DNA of 64,000 nucleotides from a virus (Duplodnaviria; Caudoviricetes): IMG/VR virus record IMGVR_UViG_2846802666_000001, positions 1,549 to 65,548 of that record; one strand, 5' to 3'. Shown piece by piece: positions 8,573 to 16,795 of this stretch (position 1 is its first letter; each line of letters starts with the position of its first letter). The notes under the pieces were generated by a model. It saw only the letters and a program-made list of their open reading frames with translations, ran no database searches and was not told where the DNA came from. The position numbers and the translations under genes were made by a program.

Positions 8573-9469
8573 TCAAATAATCATGATTGTTGCAGTACCG
8601 GTCATCGGCGGGGAACCGCCCGTGAGCGCGGCGTTCCGACATGCAATACCAAACTGCAAACGATCGTTTTTAGCTACCCTGAATACGCGGGTGTAGATGG
8701 TGCGCATTGTCCGATCCAATCCGGGGTTGCCGTTGGAAAGGGTACTGTCGACCAACGCTCCATTATTGAAGACCCCAAGGCCGACCGCAGAGGCAAGGGC
8801 GGCCTCCTGGTACGCCGAAATCGACATGTGAGCGACTCCGTCATATGGTACGGTGAATATCCCGCCAGACAGCGAGCCTGAGTTGTCATAGTCCTCAACC
8901 AACGCCGAAGCGAGAAGTGTCAGATTGTCGATCGAGTTGGGAATTGCACCTGTCGCTAGATTGTAAGCCCCGCTAGCAAGTGCGCGAGTGGCGACGCTTT
9001 GAGGACTGGTCACAAGCATGCGCCAGTTGGTGCCGTCATATCCGAACTCGATGATAGAGTTCATCTTAAGATCGCCGGCCACGACATCGTCGCCAGAGGC
9101 CGTCTTTATCGGCCTTACTCCAAGGCCATTGAGGTTTATCGTCGCTGGACCGGTATTGACGTTCGAGATCTTGACCATGACGATCAGTCCGAGAAACAGG
9201 CTGGGTGGAGCTGGATTAAGAGTTGCGACAATCGCGTTGCCAGTCCCGGCAGTGGCAGCAAAGTTCACCTTGCCGGCCTGCACAGCCTGGGATAACTGCA
9301 GCCCATCAGCAGGTACGAGACCGGACTTAACCAAGAGGTCCACAAGCTCGCGCTGCGGCTTTTCGATGGCCTTAGCGGGAACCGCGGAGCCGCGAACAGC
9401 ACCAGGTATATCCTTGTCGACGTAAGATGCATCAGGATCAGTCGATCCGTAGGGCGGGTAATATTTCAT
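8573..9469 (-). CDS. Tail fibre/receptor-binding protein, paralog of prophage gene 54165-55061
   Basis: 298 aa, ungapped alignment to the prophage fibre, about 55 differences by manual count. Confidence 0.9.
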   Translation of the reverse strand: MKYYPPYGSTDPDASYVDKDIPGAVRGSAVPAKAIEKPQRELVDLLVKSGLVPADGLQLSQAVQAGKVNFAATAGTGNAIVATLNPAPPSLFLGLIVMVKISNVNTGPATINLNGLGVRPIKTASGDDVVAGDLKMNSIIEFGYDGTNWRMLVTSPQSVATRALASGAYNLATGAIPNSIDNLTLLASALVEDYDNSGSLSGGIFTVPYDGVAHMSISAYQEAALASAVGLGVFNNGALVDSTLSNGNPGLDRTMRTIYTRVFRVAKNDRLQFGIACRNAALTGGSPPMTGTATIMII

Positions 9470-10062
9470 TGAAGTATTTCCTTCGTTGCTTGGTCGATGA
9501 GAGGATCGTGTTCCGGAGCCTGGGAGGCCATGGCTTCCATCCGATCAGCAATGTCGTTGCAGAGGTCGTGAGCGATCTTGCGCAGCGCAACCCGAACGCC
9601 GTGCACGCCTTCCTTGGCGACGATCGACGCCAGTTCATCGGCGCGGTTAGGCAGACGATCGACTATTAGGCTGATCTCGTGCTCAACCGAACGCACGGCT
9701 TCATTCAATTTGTCCTGACGAACGAGGGATGACACTTCCTCGTCGAGCCGGATTTTATCGCGGCTGACACGCATCCATTCCGCCTGTCGCTTGGCTTCTT
9801 CAAAACTGTCACTCTGAAACGTTTTCTCGGCCGGCGGCGCTGCCATCTTGGCGGGGTTCATGAACCGCTCGCGGTGATGATCGTAATGGGCAAGAGATAT
9901 CCGAAGCACCCGGCCGCGTCCGTCGCGATCAACCGGAACACCTTTCATCACGGCGAGGACGGCCTGTATCGTCTTCGAGACGGCCTGTTTCGTCACACTG
10001 TCACGGGCAGCGATTTGCTCTGCTGACCACATGAAAAGATTATCCGGGGTGTCATCGCTCAT
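9466..10062 (-). CDS. Terminase small subunit homolog (satellite)
   Basis: Shares MWS..QIAARD.V.K.AVSKT, SLAHYDH, DSFEEAKRQ, RLPNRAD and KEGVHGVR with the gene directly upstream of prophage TerL. Confidence 0.85.
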   Translation of the reverse strand: MSDDTPDNLFMWSAEQIAARDSVTKQAVSKTIQAVLAVMKGVPVDRDGRGRVLRISLAHYDHHRERFMNPAKMAAPPAEKTFQSDSFEEAKRQAEWMRVSRDKIRLDEEVSSLVRQDKLNEAVRSVEHEISLIVDRLPNRADELASIVAKEGVHGVRVALRKIAHDLCNDIADRMEAMASQAPEHDPLIDQATKEILQ

Positions 10063-10399
10063 GGCGACCGCCTGAACTGGTACCAGACCGTAGACGATCC
10101 GAACCATGCGCAGATCCCGTCATCGAGGGATAGTCCGGTACAGGAGAAGCGATAGAGAGTGGAGCGCCAAGGTCGTCCGCCCTTGGCGCTCCTACACCGG
10201 GACCTCTCATTGCCCCCTCAGGAGAAGGAGAAACCGAGGGAGCCGAGATCGACGGCGATGCTTTTTTTCCGTTGCTGGCGAACGGCGAGGTAAAGTCGGA
10301 AGCCAGCGCAGCGGGCGCGCTTGCCGATATCCGCCGCCGTTTCCACCTGTTTTCCTTTTGCGGCTTGCCGCCCTGATCGGCGCCAGCCATGATAGTCAA
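10052..10399 (-). CDS. Hypothetical low-complexity protein
   Basis: Start overlaps upstream stop (TTGA) and end overlaps terS start. Confidence 0.45.
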   Translation of the reverse strand: MTIMAGADQGGKPQKENRWKRRRISASAPAALASDFTSPFASNGKKASPSISAPSVSPSPEGAMRGPGVGAPRADDLGAPLSIASPVPDYPSMTGSAHGSDRLRSGTSSGGRHER

Positions 10400-10548
10400 C
10401 CCCGCCGAGAAACAGCCTTGCTGACGAGCGATGTCAGCTTGGCGGTTTTTTTCGGCTGCGTTTCATCGCTGCTTTTTTCCGTGTTGCGATGATGGTTGGC
10501 GACAATCTTGCGTAGCTTGTCGCGGCCTTTCTTTTCAGCTTCAGGCAT
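10396..10548 (-). CDS. Small basic hypothetical protein
   Basis: Overlaps neighbouring ORFs in the operon. Confidence 0.45.
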   Translation of the reverse strand: MPEAEKKGRDKLRKIVANHHRNTEKSSDETQPKKTAKLTSLVSKAVSRRG

Positions 10549-10930
10549 CCTGTTGATCCTTTGTGTTAGCGCCCATTTTTGAGAACAGAGACCGTGACGC
10601 CTCCGGCCCAAGTGTGGTTTGAAAGAGAATGTGGCGGAGGAACGGTACGCTTTCAGCGCCGAGACTGGCGGCCTCGAAAGCCTTCAAAATCCCTTCGCAC
10701 CGAAACCGGAACCGCTCTAACGCGACATCGACGGCAGACGACAGTTCGGCCGCTCCGGGGTGTCTGGCCGCCAGATCGACAACGCAGGCGCTGCGGTCCC
10801 GTCGCTGGTCACTCAGGACGGCGAGCAGGCGATCCAGTTCCGAACTCCGCTCTGCCGCCTCCTGTCGAACGCCACGAGCGCGGCATTCGTCGAGGTATGT
10901 CCGTCTCGGCGTGAAGGTGATGACCGTCAT
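10541..10930 (-). CDS. Hypothetical protein
   Basis: ATGA overlap with upstream gene. Confidence 0.6.
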   Translation of the reverse strand: MTVITFTPRRTYLDECRARGVRQEAAERSSELDRLLAVLSDQRRDRSACVVDLAARHPGAAELSSAVDVALERFRFRCEGILKAFEAASLGAESVPFLRHILFQTTLGPEASRSLFSKMGANTKDQQDA

Positions 10931-11457
10931 GGCAGCGCGTCCTGATGGGCGAGAACTGCACGGGGGTCGGCGTCGGCGCGGCGATTGACCGTAATGCCGG
11001 ATGTTTCCGCCTCGCGAATGAGTGCTTCTTCCGAAAGCTCGGCGTTCAACAAGGATTGATCCAGGTCGGCAAGCCGCTTGGCGCGCTCCGCGTCCGTCAG
11101 GCCTTTTTCGCTCTGATAGATTTCCGATATTTCCTGCTTCATGGCGCTCGCCAGAACGTCACCCTGATAGGCAACCAGCGCGTCCGCCAACACGTCAAAA
11201 CCGGGCAAGCGCCAGCGGCCGGGATCGGTTGCGAAGCGCGACGGGCTGGGGGCGCGCTCCATCGCATGGGTGACGGCGCTGGAAACCCACATTTCGGCGC
11301 GGCGATGCGCCGTCGCTTCATCGACTGGCATGCGCTCAATCGCATCGCGCTCCGCCTTCAGGTCTTCGACCTGTGACCTGATGTTCTCGAGGCCTTGCGA
11401 GAACGCTGCGAAAACGGAGCGTACGCCAGCCAGTGCGTTTGCCGGTTTATCGGCCAT
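10927..11457 (-). CDS. Coiled-coil hypothetical protein
   Basis: GGAG RBS; helical sequence ending RRADADPRAVL. Confidence 0.7.
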   Translation of the reverse strand: MADKPANALAGVRSVFAAFSQGLENIRSQVEDLKAERDAIERMPVDEATAHRRAEMWVSSAVTHAMERAPSPSRFATDPGRWRLPGFDVLADALVAYQGDVLASAMKQEISEIYQSEKGLTDAERAKRLADLDQSLLNAELSEEALIREAETSGITVNRRADADPRAVLAHQDALP

Positions 11458-11806
11458 ATGGATCAACTCCCATGAAATTCGCGCAGTTGGTGAAAAGCTC
11501 TCCGATCGACTGGCGGCGCTCACTGAGCGGCTCAAGCTCCGCTCTCATCTGGGTTATCTTCGCGTCGATCTGCCGTATTTGAGCCTCAAGCGCCTGCTTT
11601 TTCCGCGCCAACTCGTCGCCGTCGATCCGCAGGATGTTCTGGGAAGCATCGTGCAACATGCGGGCGATATCGGCTTGGAGGCGACCTTTCGCGGCGGCCA
11701 TATCGCGGATTTTTTCCGAGAGATCGTTGCAACTCGAAAAAATGGCGTCGCGCTGCGCACGGATAACCTCAAGCCTGCCGGGGTCTATCGTGGGTGATGA
11801 AGTCAT
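11447..11806 (-). CDS. Coiled-coil hypothetical protein
   Basis: AAGGAG RBS; heptad-rich. Confidence 0.7.
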   Translation of the reverse strand: MTSSPTIDPGRLEVIRAQRDAIFSSCNDLSEKIRDMAAAKGRLQADIARMLHDASQNILRIDGDELARKKQALEAQIRQIDAKITQMRAELEPLSERRQSIGELFTNCANFMGVDPYGR

Positions 11807-11852
11807 TCGTCGGTCTCCTTTGGTCGTCACGCTGTCACGCATGTTCGGAAAT

Positions 11853-12332
11853 TCAAAACGCACTTGAATTTCCGGAATGAAGAATTTGAGCCAGCCGCCG
11901 TTCGCCGGGGATGCAATCGCCGGAGCGGAGGATTTTCCACCAGGTGGCTGCAGGCTCGGCAGCAGGTGCGTCGAAAGATTTGCTTTCGCGGGGCCATCTG
12001 TCCGACTGGTAGCGCTTCGCAGATGCCGCCATCATTTTCGCGGCGGCTGGCGGCGGCAGCTTCGACCATTCCGGCACGGCGGCCCATAGGCCAAGCAAGC
12101 GGCGGTCGCGCCGGCCCAGTTCAAGCTTGCGAACCGGCGATGTCCCGCCCCATGTCTTGAGGCCAAGCTCGGCATACAGCGAGGTTTTGAAACCGCTGGC
12201 GATGCTGGCATTGAGCGCCTCCATCAGGAGGATACGGCTTCGCTCCGGGATGCGCCGGCCACCCATGAGGTGTTCCACGAGATCGAAGATAGCCTGCAAG
12301 GCGGGATCGGTTGAGCGCTTCTTGTCAGCCAT
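11853..12332 (-). CDS. Hypothetical protein
   Basis: First ORF downstream of the cos-like site. Confidence 0.6.
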   Translation of the reverse strand: MADKKRSTDPALQAIFDLVEHLMGGRRIPERSRILLMEALNASIASGFKTSLYAELGLKTWGGTSPVRKLELGRRDRRLLGLWAAVPEWSKLPPPAAAKMMAASAKRYQSDRWPRESKSFDAPAAEPAATWWKILRSGDCIPGERRLAQILHSGNSSAF

Positions 12333-12449
12333 GGAAGACGCCCCCGAAACCGCGAAAGCGATTTGGAACAGGTGTTCCATTTTCAGGCCGCAGCGGCAAT
12401 TCAGCTACCGAAACGCACCCGCCGTTTCCGGCTGCAACCAATGCGTTTG

Positions 12450-12595
12450 CGTTAACCGCAGGCGTTAACCAAGCGTCAACCCTGACAACCCTGACAACCC
12501 AATTTTTCGACCTGTTTGACTGGCGCTTTTCCGGGGTCGTCCCGCCCCGCAGAGGGTCAAATCCGGGTACGGTCCCTACACCCAGGGGGTTGGGT
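12450..12595 (-). other. cos-like packaging site of the satellite
   Basis: Reverse complement aligns with the non-coding region upstream of prophage terS (35630-35773). Confidence 0.8.
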
Positions 12596-12610
12596 CGGTG
12601 GCCTTTTCGG

Positions 12611-13096
12611 TCACACTTCGCCATCGTCCTCACCCTCCTTTTCGAGGTGAAGATGACAGAGCGTGCGAAACCATTGCCATTGCTTATCGCTCAGGTGGAA
12701 CTTGCCCTTCGAAGCCTTTGCTAACGCCAGAACGTTTTCGACAAAGTCTCGCTGCTTGTCCGTCAATCCGCCGCCTTCCAGCAACAGGCGTCGAGCATCG
12801 CCTATGACCTCATCACGCGTTGGATGCTGGCTTTCAGCAGGACACGGCTCTGGCTCTGGCGGGTCGCGATAGACGATCTTTTCCTGAACCACGACACGCT
12901 CGCGATACACGATGACCTCTACCGTTGCAGGCGGCTTTGTCAGCGCGGCGGTGAGATCGTGCCATCCCAAACCAGCGCCGCAAAGGGTTCGCCCAATGGC
13001 CGAAACCGCCGCTACCACTTCGCCGGCATGGTTGCTGGATAGCATCGGCAACAGCTTCCCGAGCTTTTTCACTGTTTTCTGATCGATATCGCCCAT
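12611..13096 (-). CDS. Hypothetical protein
   Basis: KLGKLLPMLSSNHAGEVVAA...LSDKQWQWF; typical of genes next to phage Rep genes. Confidence 0.65.
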   Translation of the reverse strand: MGDIDQKTVKKLGKLLPMLSSNHAGEVVAAVSAIGRTLCGAGLGWHDLTAALTKPPATVEVIVYRERVVVQEKIVYRDPPEPEPCPAESQHPTRDEVIGDARRLLLEGGGLTDKQRDFVENVLALAKASKGKFHLSDKQWQWFRTLCHLHLEKEGEDDGEV

Positions 13097-13116
13097 CGGT
13101 TCCCGGTATCCCGATT

Positions 13117-13857
13117 TCAGCCGTACGCCGCCGAGGCGGTTGAGCCTTTCCACCCCCATCCCCGAGTTGTGGGTTTGTCTCTCGGCTCATCAGGCTGGTC
13201 ATTCCGGTTCGATGGGTGGCAAGGGTGGCCCTCATACTCCCTCTCAAAAGCCGTTTTTTCCGGTTTGTCGTTCTCAAAGAGAGAGGTTTTAACTTGAGTC
13301 CATGAAGTGCGTAATTTTTTGAACCCTATCTTCATGGCAAGCCACTTCATCCAGCTAAAGGAAATCACCTTGATGACGTTCGTCAGGCTCTTTCCAAACT
13401 GGCGGCGCCGCTCCTTCACGGAAATATGCCCGAGTTCCTTCGAGCCTCCCTTGCGAAGCGCGTTCTGAACGGTTGTACGGCTCACACCGGCTATGCTGGC
13501 GATTTCATCCAGGCACATTTCGCAGCGGTTGCCGTGCCGCTTACATTCTTCGGCAATGACGGCCAGCGCCGCGCCCTCGCCGGCGGAATAGTGTTCCCGG
13601 ATCTCGGGCGGCATATTGGACGGCCCGCTTATCCGGCGCTTTCTGGCGCGCCGCTCACGGCTCTTGTCGGTTGACATGCGCTGACGCCGAGCTTTCTTGA
13701 CGACGCTCTCTGCCGCCCCGCTGGCCGTCTGCTTCTCGTAAGCCTTTGTTGCGGGTCTGGTGGCCTTACCGTTGGCGAAATAATCGTCATGGGATCGAGC
13801 GGAGCGGGAAACGATACGACTGCGAAGCAGCGCGGATGATGGCCTGTATTCCGTCAT
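13117..13857 (-). CDS. Putative replication initiator (HTH)
   Basis: CLDEIASIAGVSRTTVQNALR helix-turn-helix followed by SLTNVIKVI. Confidence 0.65.
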   Translation of the reverse strand: MTEYRPSSALLRSRIVSRSARSHDDYFANGKATRPATKAYEKQTASGAAESVVKKARRQRMSTDKSRERRARKRRISGPSNMPPEIREHYSAGEGAALAVIAEECKRHGNRCEMCLDEIASIAGVSRTTVQNALRKGGSKELGHISVKERRRQFGKSLTNVIKVISFSWMKWLAMKIGFKKLRTSWTQVKTSLFENDKPEKTAFEREYEGHPCHPSNRNDQPDEPRDKPTTRGWGWKGSTASAAYG

Positions 13858-14147
13858 TCACTCGCTCCCGGCTTTGAGAGCGAATGAGCAAGCTTCGCCG
13901 CCTCGGCGGCTTCCATGACCGTCAGGGCGAAGCGTCGGCGGATTGTGACGACTGGATGAGAGACCAAAGGATTGCGGCAAAGCCACATGGCTGCCTCGCG
14001 AACGCGGGGCTCAATGGCTCGCAATGAGTTTGACAAGTCGCCGCTAAGTGATTGACTTTCAAACGCGGGTTTGACGGAAATTTTTTCGTAAGGCTTTGTT
14101 TTTGGCGCTTCACGCGGGGATTGAAAATCCGCGTGTCGGTGGTTCAA
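13854..14147 (-). CDS. Hypothetical protein whose reading frame runs into the att core
   Basis: Stop overlaps the Rep start (ATGA); no ATG near the 5' end in the integrated state. Confidence 0.45.
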   Translation of the reverse strand: MNHRHADFQSPREAPKTKPYEKISVKPAFESQSLSGDLSNSLRAIEPRVREAAMWLCRNPLVSHPVVTIRRRFALTVMEAAEAAKLAHSLSKPGASE

Positions 14148-14167
14148 ATCCGCCTCCGGGCACCATT
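14118..14167 (+). repeat. att core, copy 2 (attR of satellite and attL of prophage)
   Basis: Identical to 1569-1618. Confidence 0.97.
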
Positions 14168-14265
14168 ACAATTTTCCAGCATTGTTTTTATTGTGTTTTT
14201 CTCCTCTGTTTGACCAGAGTTTAAACATCACCCCGAAAAGCTGGACACTTTTGTTCCTGTTTCGA

Positions 14266-15354
14266 TCATTCTTCTTCAGGCTCGACCGTGTCCTGCATCA
14301 ACTCCACGGCGCTCTTTGCAAGCACCTTCTGACGTGCTGCCCTAGTGTAACGCGTGACCTCCTTCGAGGTTGTATGTCCGGTTATGGACATGATCTGGTG
14401 TTCGCTCGCGCCGCGATCGGCGAGCCGCGCGGCCGCTGCCTTACGCAGGCCGTGGGCGCTGCAATGCGTCAAGTCTGCCTCGTTACACCGCTTCCTGAAC
14501 CAGTTACCAAAGCCATTAGACGTGAACGGCTTTTTGAATTCGGTAACCAGAAGCGTCATTTCCCCGCACGGTCCGGCGTCGATCGCCTTCTGCAAATGTG
14601 GATGGATGGGCATCTCCAGTTTCCGAGGCTTGCTATTCCTGCCCTTAAACTGGGTGAAGCGCAGCCAGCCCTTACTGATGTGCTGCTTTCCAAACAGAAT
14701 AATATCGCTGCGGCGCTGGCTGGTGTATAGCATCAAGGTCAGCGCCAGATAGGCCTTTGTGCCGATCGGGTGACGCGCCTCGAACTGCTCGACCTCCTCC
14801 GGCGTCCATGAATGGAAACCCTCCGATCCCGTCTTGAAATAGGGTATGTCGCGGGCCGGGTTGGTGGCGCAGATCTCGACGGCTGGCATAATCGCCCAGT
14901 TAAAAACAGCGCGTAGCGCCTTCAGGCGTCCGTTGGCCGACTCCGGCACGTCTGCTTTCCTGTCCCTCAGAACGCGCACGGCCTTGGCGTTGAACGACGA
15001 CAGAGGGACATCTTCGAAAAGCTTTGATGATTCTGGCTTGATCGGTTCGGCCCAGATGCTTTCAATGATCAGTTTGCGAACATATTGTGTTCGCTTGTCG
15101 AGCTGCTTGTATTCGGCGCTCTGGAAATATTGCTCGCACAGCCAGCGCAGCGTTCCTTTTACGGAGAGCTTGGGGCCGGTCCTGTCTTCCTTCATTTTCC
15201 CGTTCAGTGCGTCATAGTAGGCGGCATTGAACTCATCGCTGCCCGGTACGCCTGGCAGCCTTATTTTTTTCTGGCCCTTGCGGCGAAAGTAAAAACGAAG
15301 AACGCCGTCGGTGTTGTCCTCGACGACGTACTTTTTGCTGAATTTTTTCGGCAT
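14266..15354 (-). CDS. int: Tyrosine recombinase/integrase of the prophage
   Basis: YTSQRRSD, SAHGLRKA and ITGHTTSKEVTRY motifs. Confidence 0.95.
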   Translation of the reverse strand: MPKKFSKKYVVEDNTDGVLRFYFRRKGQKKIRLPGVPGSDEFNAAYYDALNGKMKEDRTGPKLSVKGTLRWLCEQYFQSAEYKQLDKRTQYVRKLIIESIWAEPIKPESSKLFEDVPLSSFNAKAVRVLRDRKADVPESANGRLKALRAVFNWAIMPAVEICATNPARDIPYFKTGSEGFHSWTPEEVEQFEARHPIGTKAYLALTLMLYTSQRRSDIILFGKQHISKGWLRFTQFKGRNSKPRKLEMPIHPHLQKAIDAGPCGEMTLLVTEFKKPFTSNGFGNWFRKRCNEADLTHCSAHGLRKAAAARLADRGASEHQIMSITGHTTSKEVTRYTRAARQKVLAKSAVELMQDTVEPEEE

Positions 15355-15609
15355 TTACGCGAAATCCCACTCCTCGTTATCATCATCCTCGCCACCCGGA
15401 AGCCTCGCGAATGCTTTTTCCAGCGACCGCCGGTCCCAGATATTGCGGCTATTGGCTCGCTTGGGTTTCGGCATTCTGCCATCAGCCACCATTTCGTCAA
15501 ATAGGGATACTGAGACGCCGATATAGGCGGCGGCCTGTTCCCGGTTGAGGCCAAGGATTGATGGCAGTGGGCAGGCCGTAACCCGCTCCGTTCTTCCGGA
15601 GGTATTCAT
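15355..15609 (-). CDS. Excisionase/AlpA-like HTH protein
   Basis: GLNREQAAAYIGVSVSLFDEMVADGRMPKP. Confidence 0.85.
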   Translation of the reverse strand: MNTSGRTERVTACPLPSILGLNREQAAAYIGVSVSLFDEMVADGRMPKPKRANSRNIWDRRSLEKAFARLPGGEDDDNEEWDFA

Positions 15610-16289
15610 CTAGAAAGCCTCCGCTTTGGGTGCTGCGCCGCATACGCCATGAATGCGTTCGCATCGCCATTACAGCAGGTATAGCCCGCCTCGGGCGGCC
15701 CGATCTTATGGAGCTGATCCATCCGAAAATGAGCCGGCCCGATCTTCATGCCGGGAAAATTGAAGGCAATGATAACCTGCCCTCGATGCCAACCCCCGTT
15801 CTCGCCCTCTGTGACATAGGCGTGATGTCCGCGAGACGCTTCCTTATCCTCGACGAATTCAACGTCCGGGAACCGGCCTGCGACGATGCGCTTGAAATCC
15901 TCGATCGCTGACAGCTCCTGGGCCTTTCGGCGCAAGTCGTGTCGCATCTTTTTCCATTTGCACCGGGGTGAGCAGTAGACAGCACCGCTGACCTTGCCGC
16001 AGATGCCGTTGACCGGCAGTCTGTGTTCATAGGGCAGGTCGGAATCGACGGTAATGCCACAACCAACGCATTCGAAGTGCCACCCATATTCTACGGCTAC
16101 CTTGGCTGGAACGCCTGTTGCTGCATATTGGTCGGCCCATGGTGCACGCCGGCACTGCACGCCGCCGAGCTCGCCCTCGGCGTACTCATTCGCGCCCCAC
16201 TTGGCAGCATAGATCGATTTTTCAGCGAAATAGATATCGCCGGTCATCTCGTATTTTTCGAGTACCGCGTACGCCTTCAAAATCGTCAT
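15606..16289 (-). CDS. Hypothetical phage protein (Cys motifs)
   Basis: GWHFECVGCG and YCSPRC; ATGA overlaps with neighbours. Confidence 0.75.
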   Translation of the reverse strand: MTILKAYAVLEKYEMTGDIYFAEKSIYAAKWGANEYAEGELGGVQCRRAPWADQYAATGVPAKVAVEYGWHFECVGCGITVDSDLPYEHRLPVNGICGKVSGAVYCSPRCKWKKMRHDLRRKAQELSAIEDFKRIVAGRFPDVEFVEDKEASRGHHAYVTEGENGGWHRGQVIIAFNFPGMKIGPAHFRMDQLHKIGPPEAGYTCCNGDANAFMAYAAQHPKRRLSR

Positions 16290-16795
16290 GGCGCACTCCA
16301 AGGAATTAGAGGCGTAGCGTAGGCCACCATCAACGGATGACGAGGTTGGCCGTCATTCGCTGTACCCCAGCACATCGGCTTCGCTCCAGCCTGATCCAGA
16401 ACACCGACGACCGAGCGCCATCTCGTGCGAAGAGCCTTTGGCAGCTTGGCCGCCGGACCCCATGCCACGATGTGAATATCCGCACCCTGTATCGCCCTCG
16501 CGATATGCGCGTCATTCTCTGGTCCAACCGGATCAGCGGCGCGGGCCAATGCCTTCACATCCTTGTTTACGAGCGCGCACAAATTCCAGACAATGACCTT
16601 GCTGACGCCGAGGCGAAACGCAAAGCCATCCACCTTCGTCATTGTGGAATCATTCTTCTCCTCGTCCGCATCAGATGGATTGACCATGCCAAGCGAAATG
16701 ACGGGGCCGGATCGACCGTAGTCGTGTTCAAGCAGGTAGCGATAAAGACCGCAATCGGAGAAGATGGCGCGTCGCGTCGTCAATAGGTCGCTCAC
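16286..16795 (-). CDS. DUF1643-family protein
   Basis: AIFSDCGLYRYLL, MVNPSDAD and GQPRHPL. Confidence 0.85.
   Translation of the reverse strand: MSDLLTTRRAIFSDCGLYRYLLEHDYGRSGPVISLGMVNPSDADEEKNDSTMTKVDGFAFRLGVSKVIVWNLCALVNKDVKALARAADPVGPENDAHIARAIQGADIHIVAWGPAAKLPKALRTRWRSVVGVLDQAGAKPMCWGTANDGQPRHPLMVAYATPLIPWSAP

Larger units (their letters stand above)
1569..14167. mobile_element. Integrated phage satellite (PICI-like), about 12.5 kb
   Basis: Bounded by 50-bp att repeats; integrase, excisionase, Arc regulators, Rep-like gene, TerS, cos-like site and tail fibre; no capsid, portal or TerL gene. Confidence 0.88.

Noticed and set aside
8573-9469. Assembly duplication or invertible fibre cassette with 54165-55061
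   Set aside because: Many synonymous and non-synonymous differences, 45 kb apart in separate elements, with no invertase or flanking inverted repeats seen
14118-14167. Second tRNA-Phe gene
   Set aside because: Only the 3' half is present; it is the att duplication
14253-14267. LexA box GTTC-N7-GATC near prophage int
   Set aside because: One mismatch, located at the 3' end of int with no downstream gene to control
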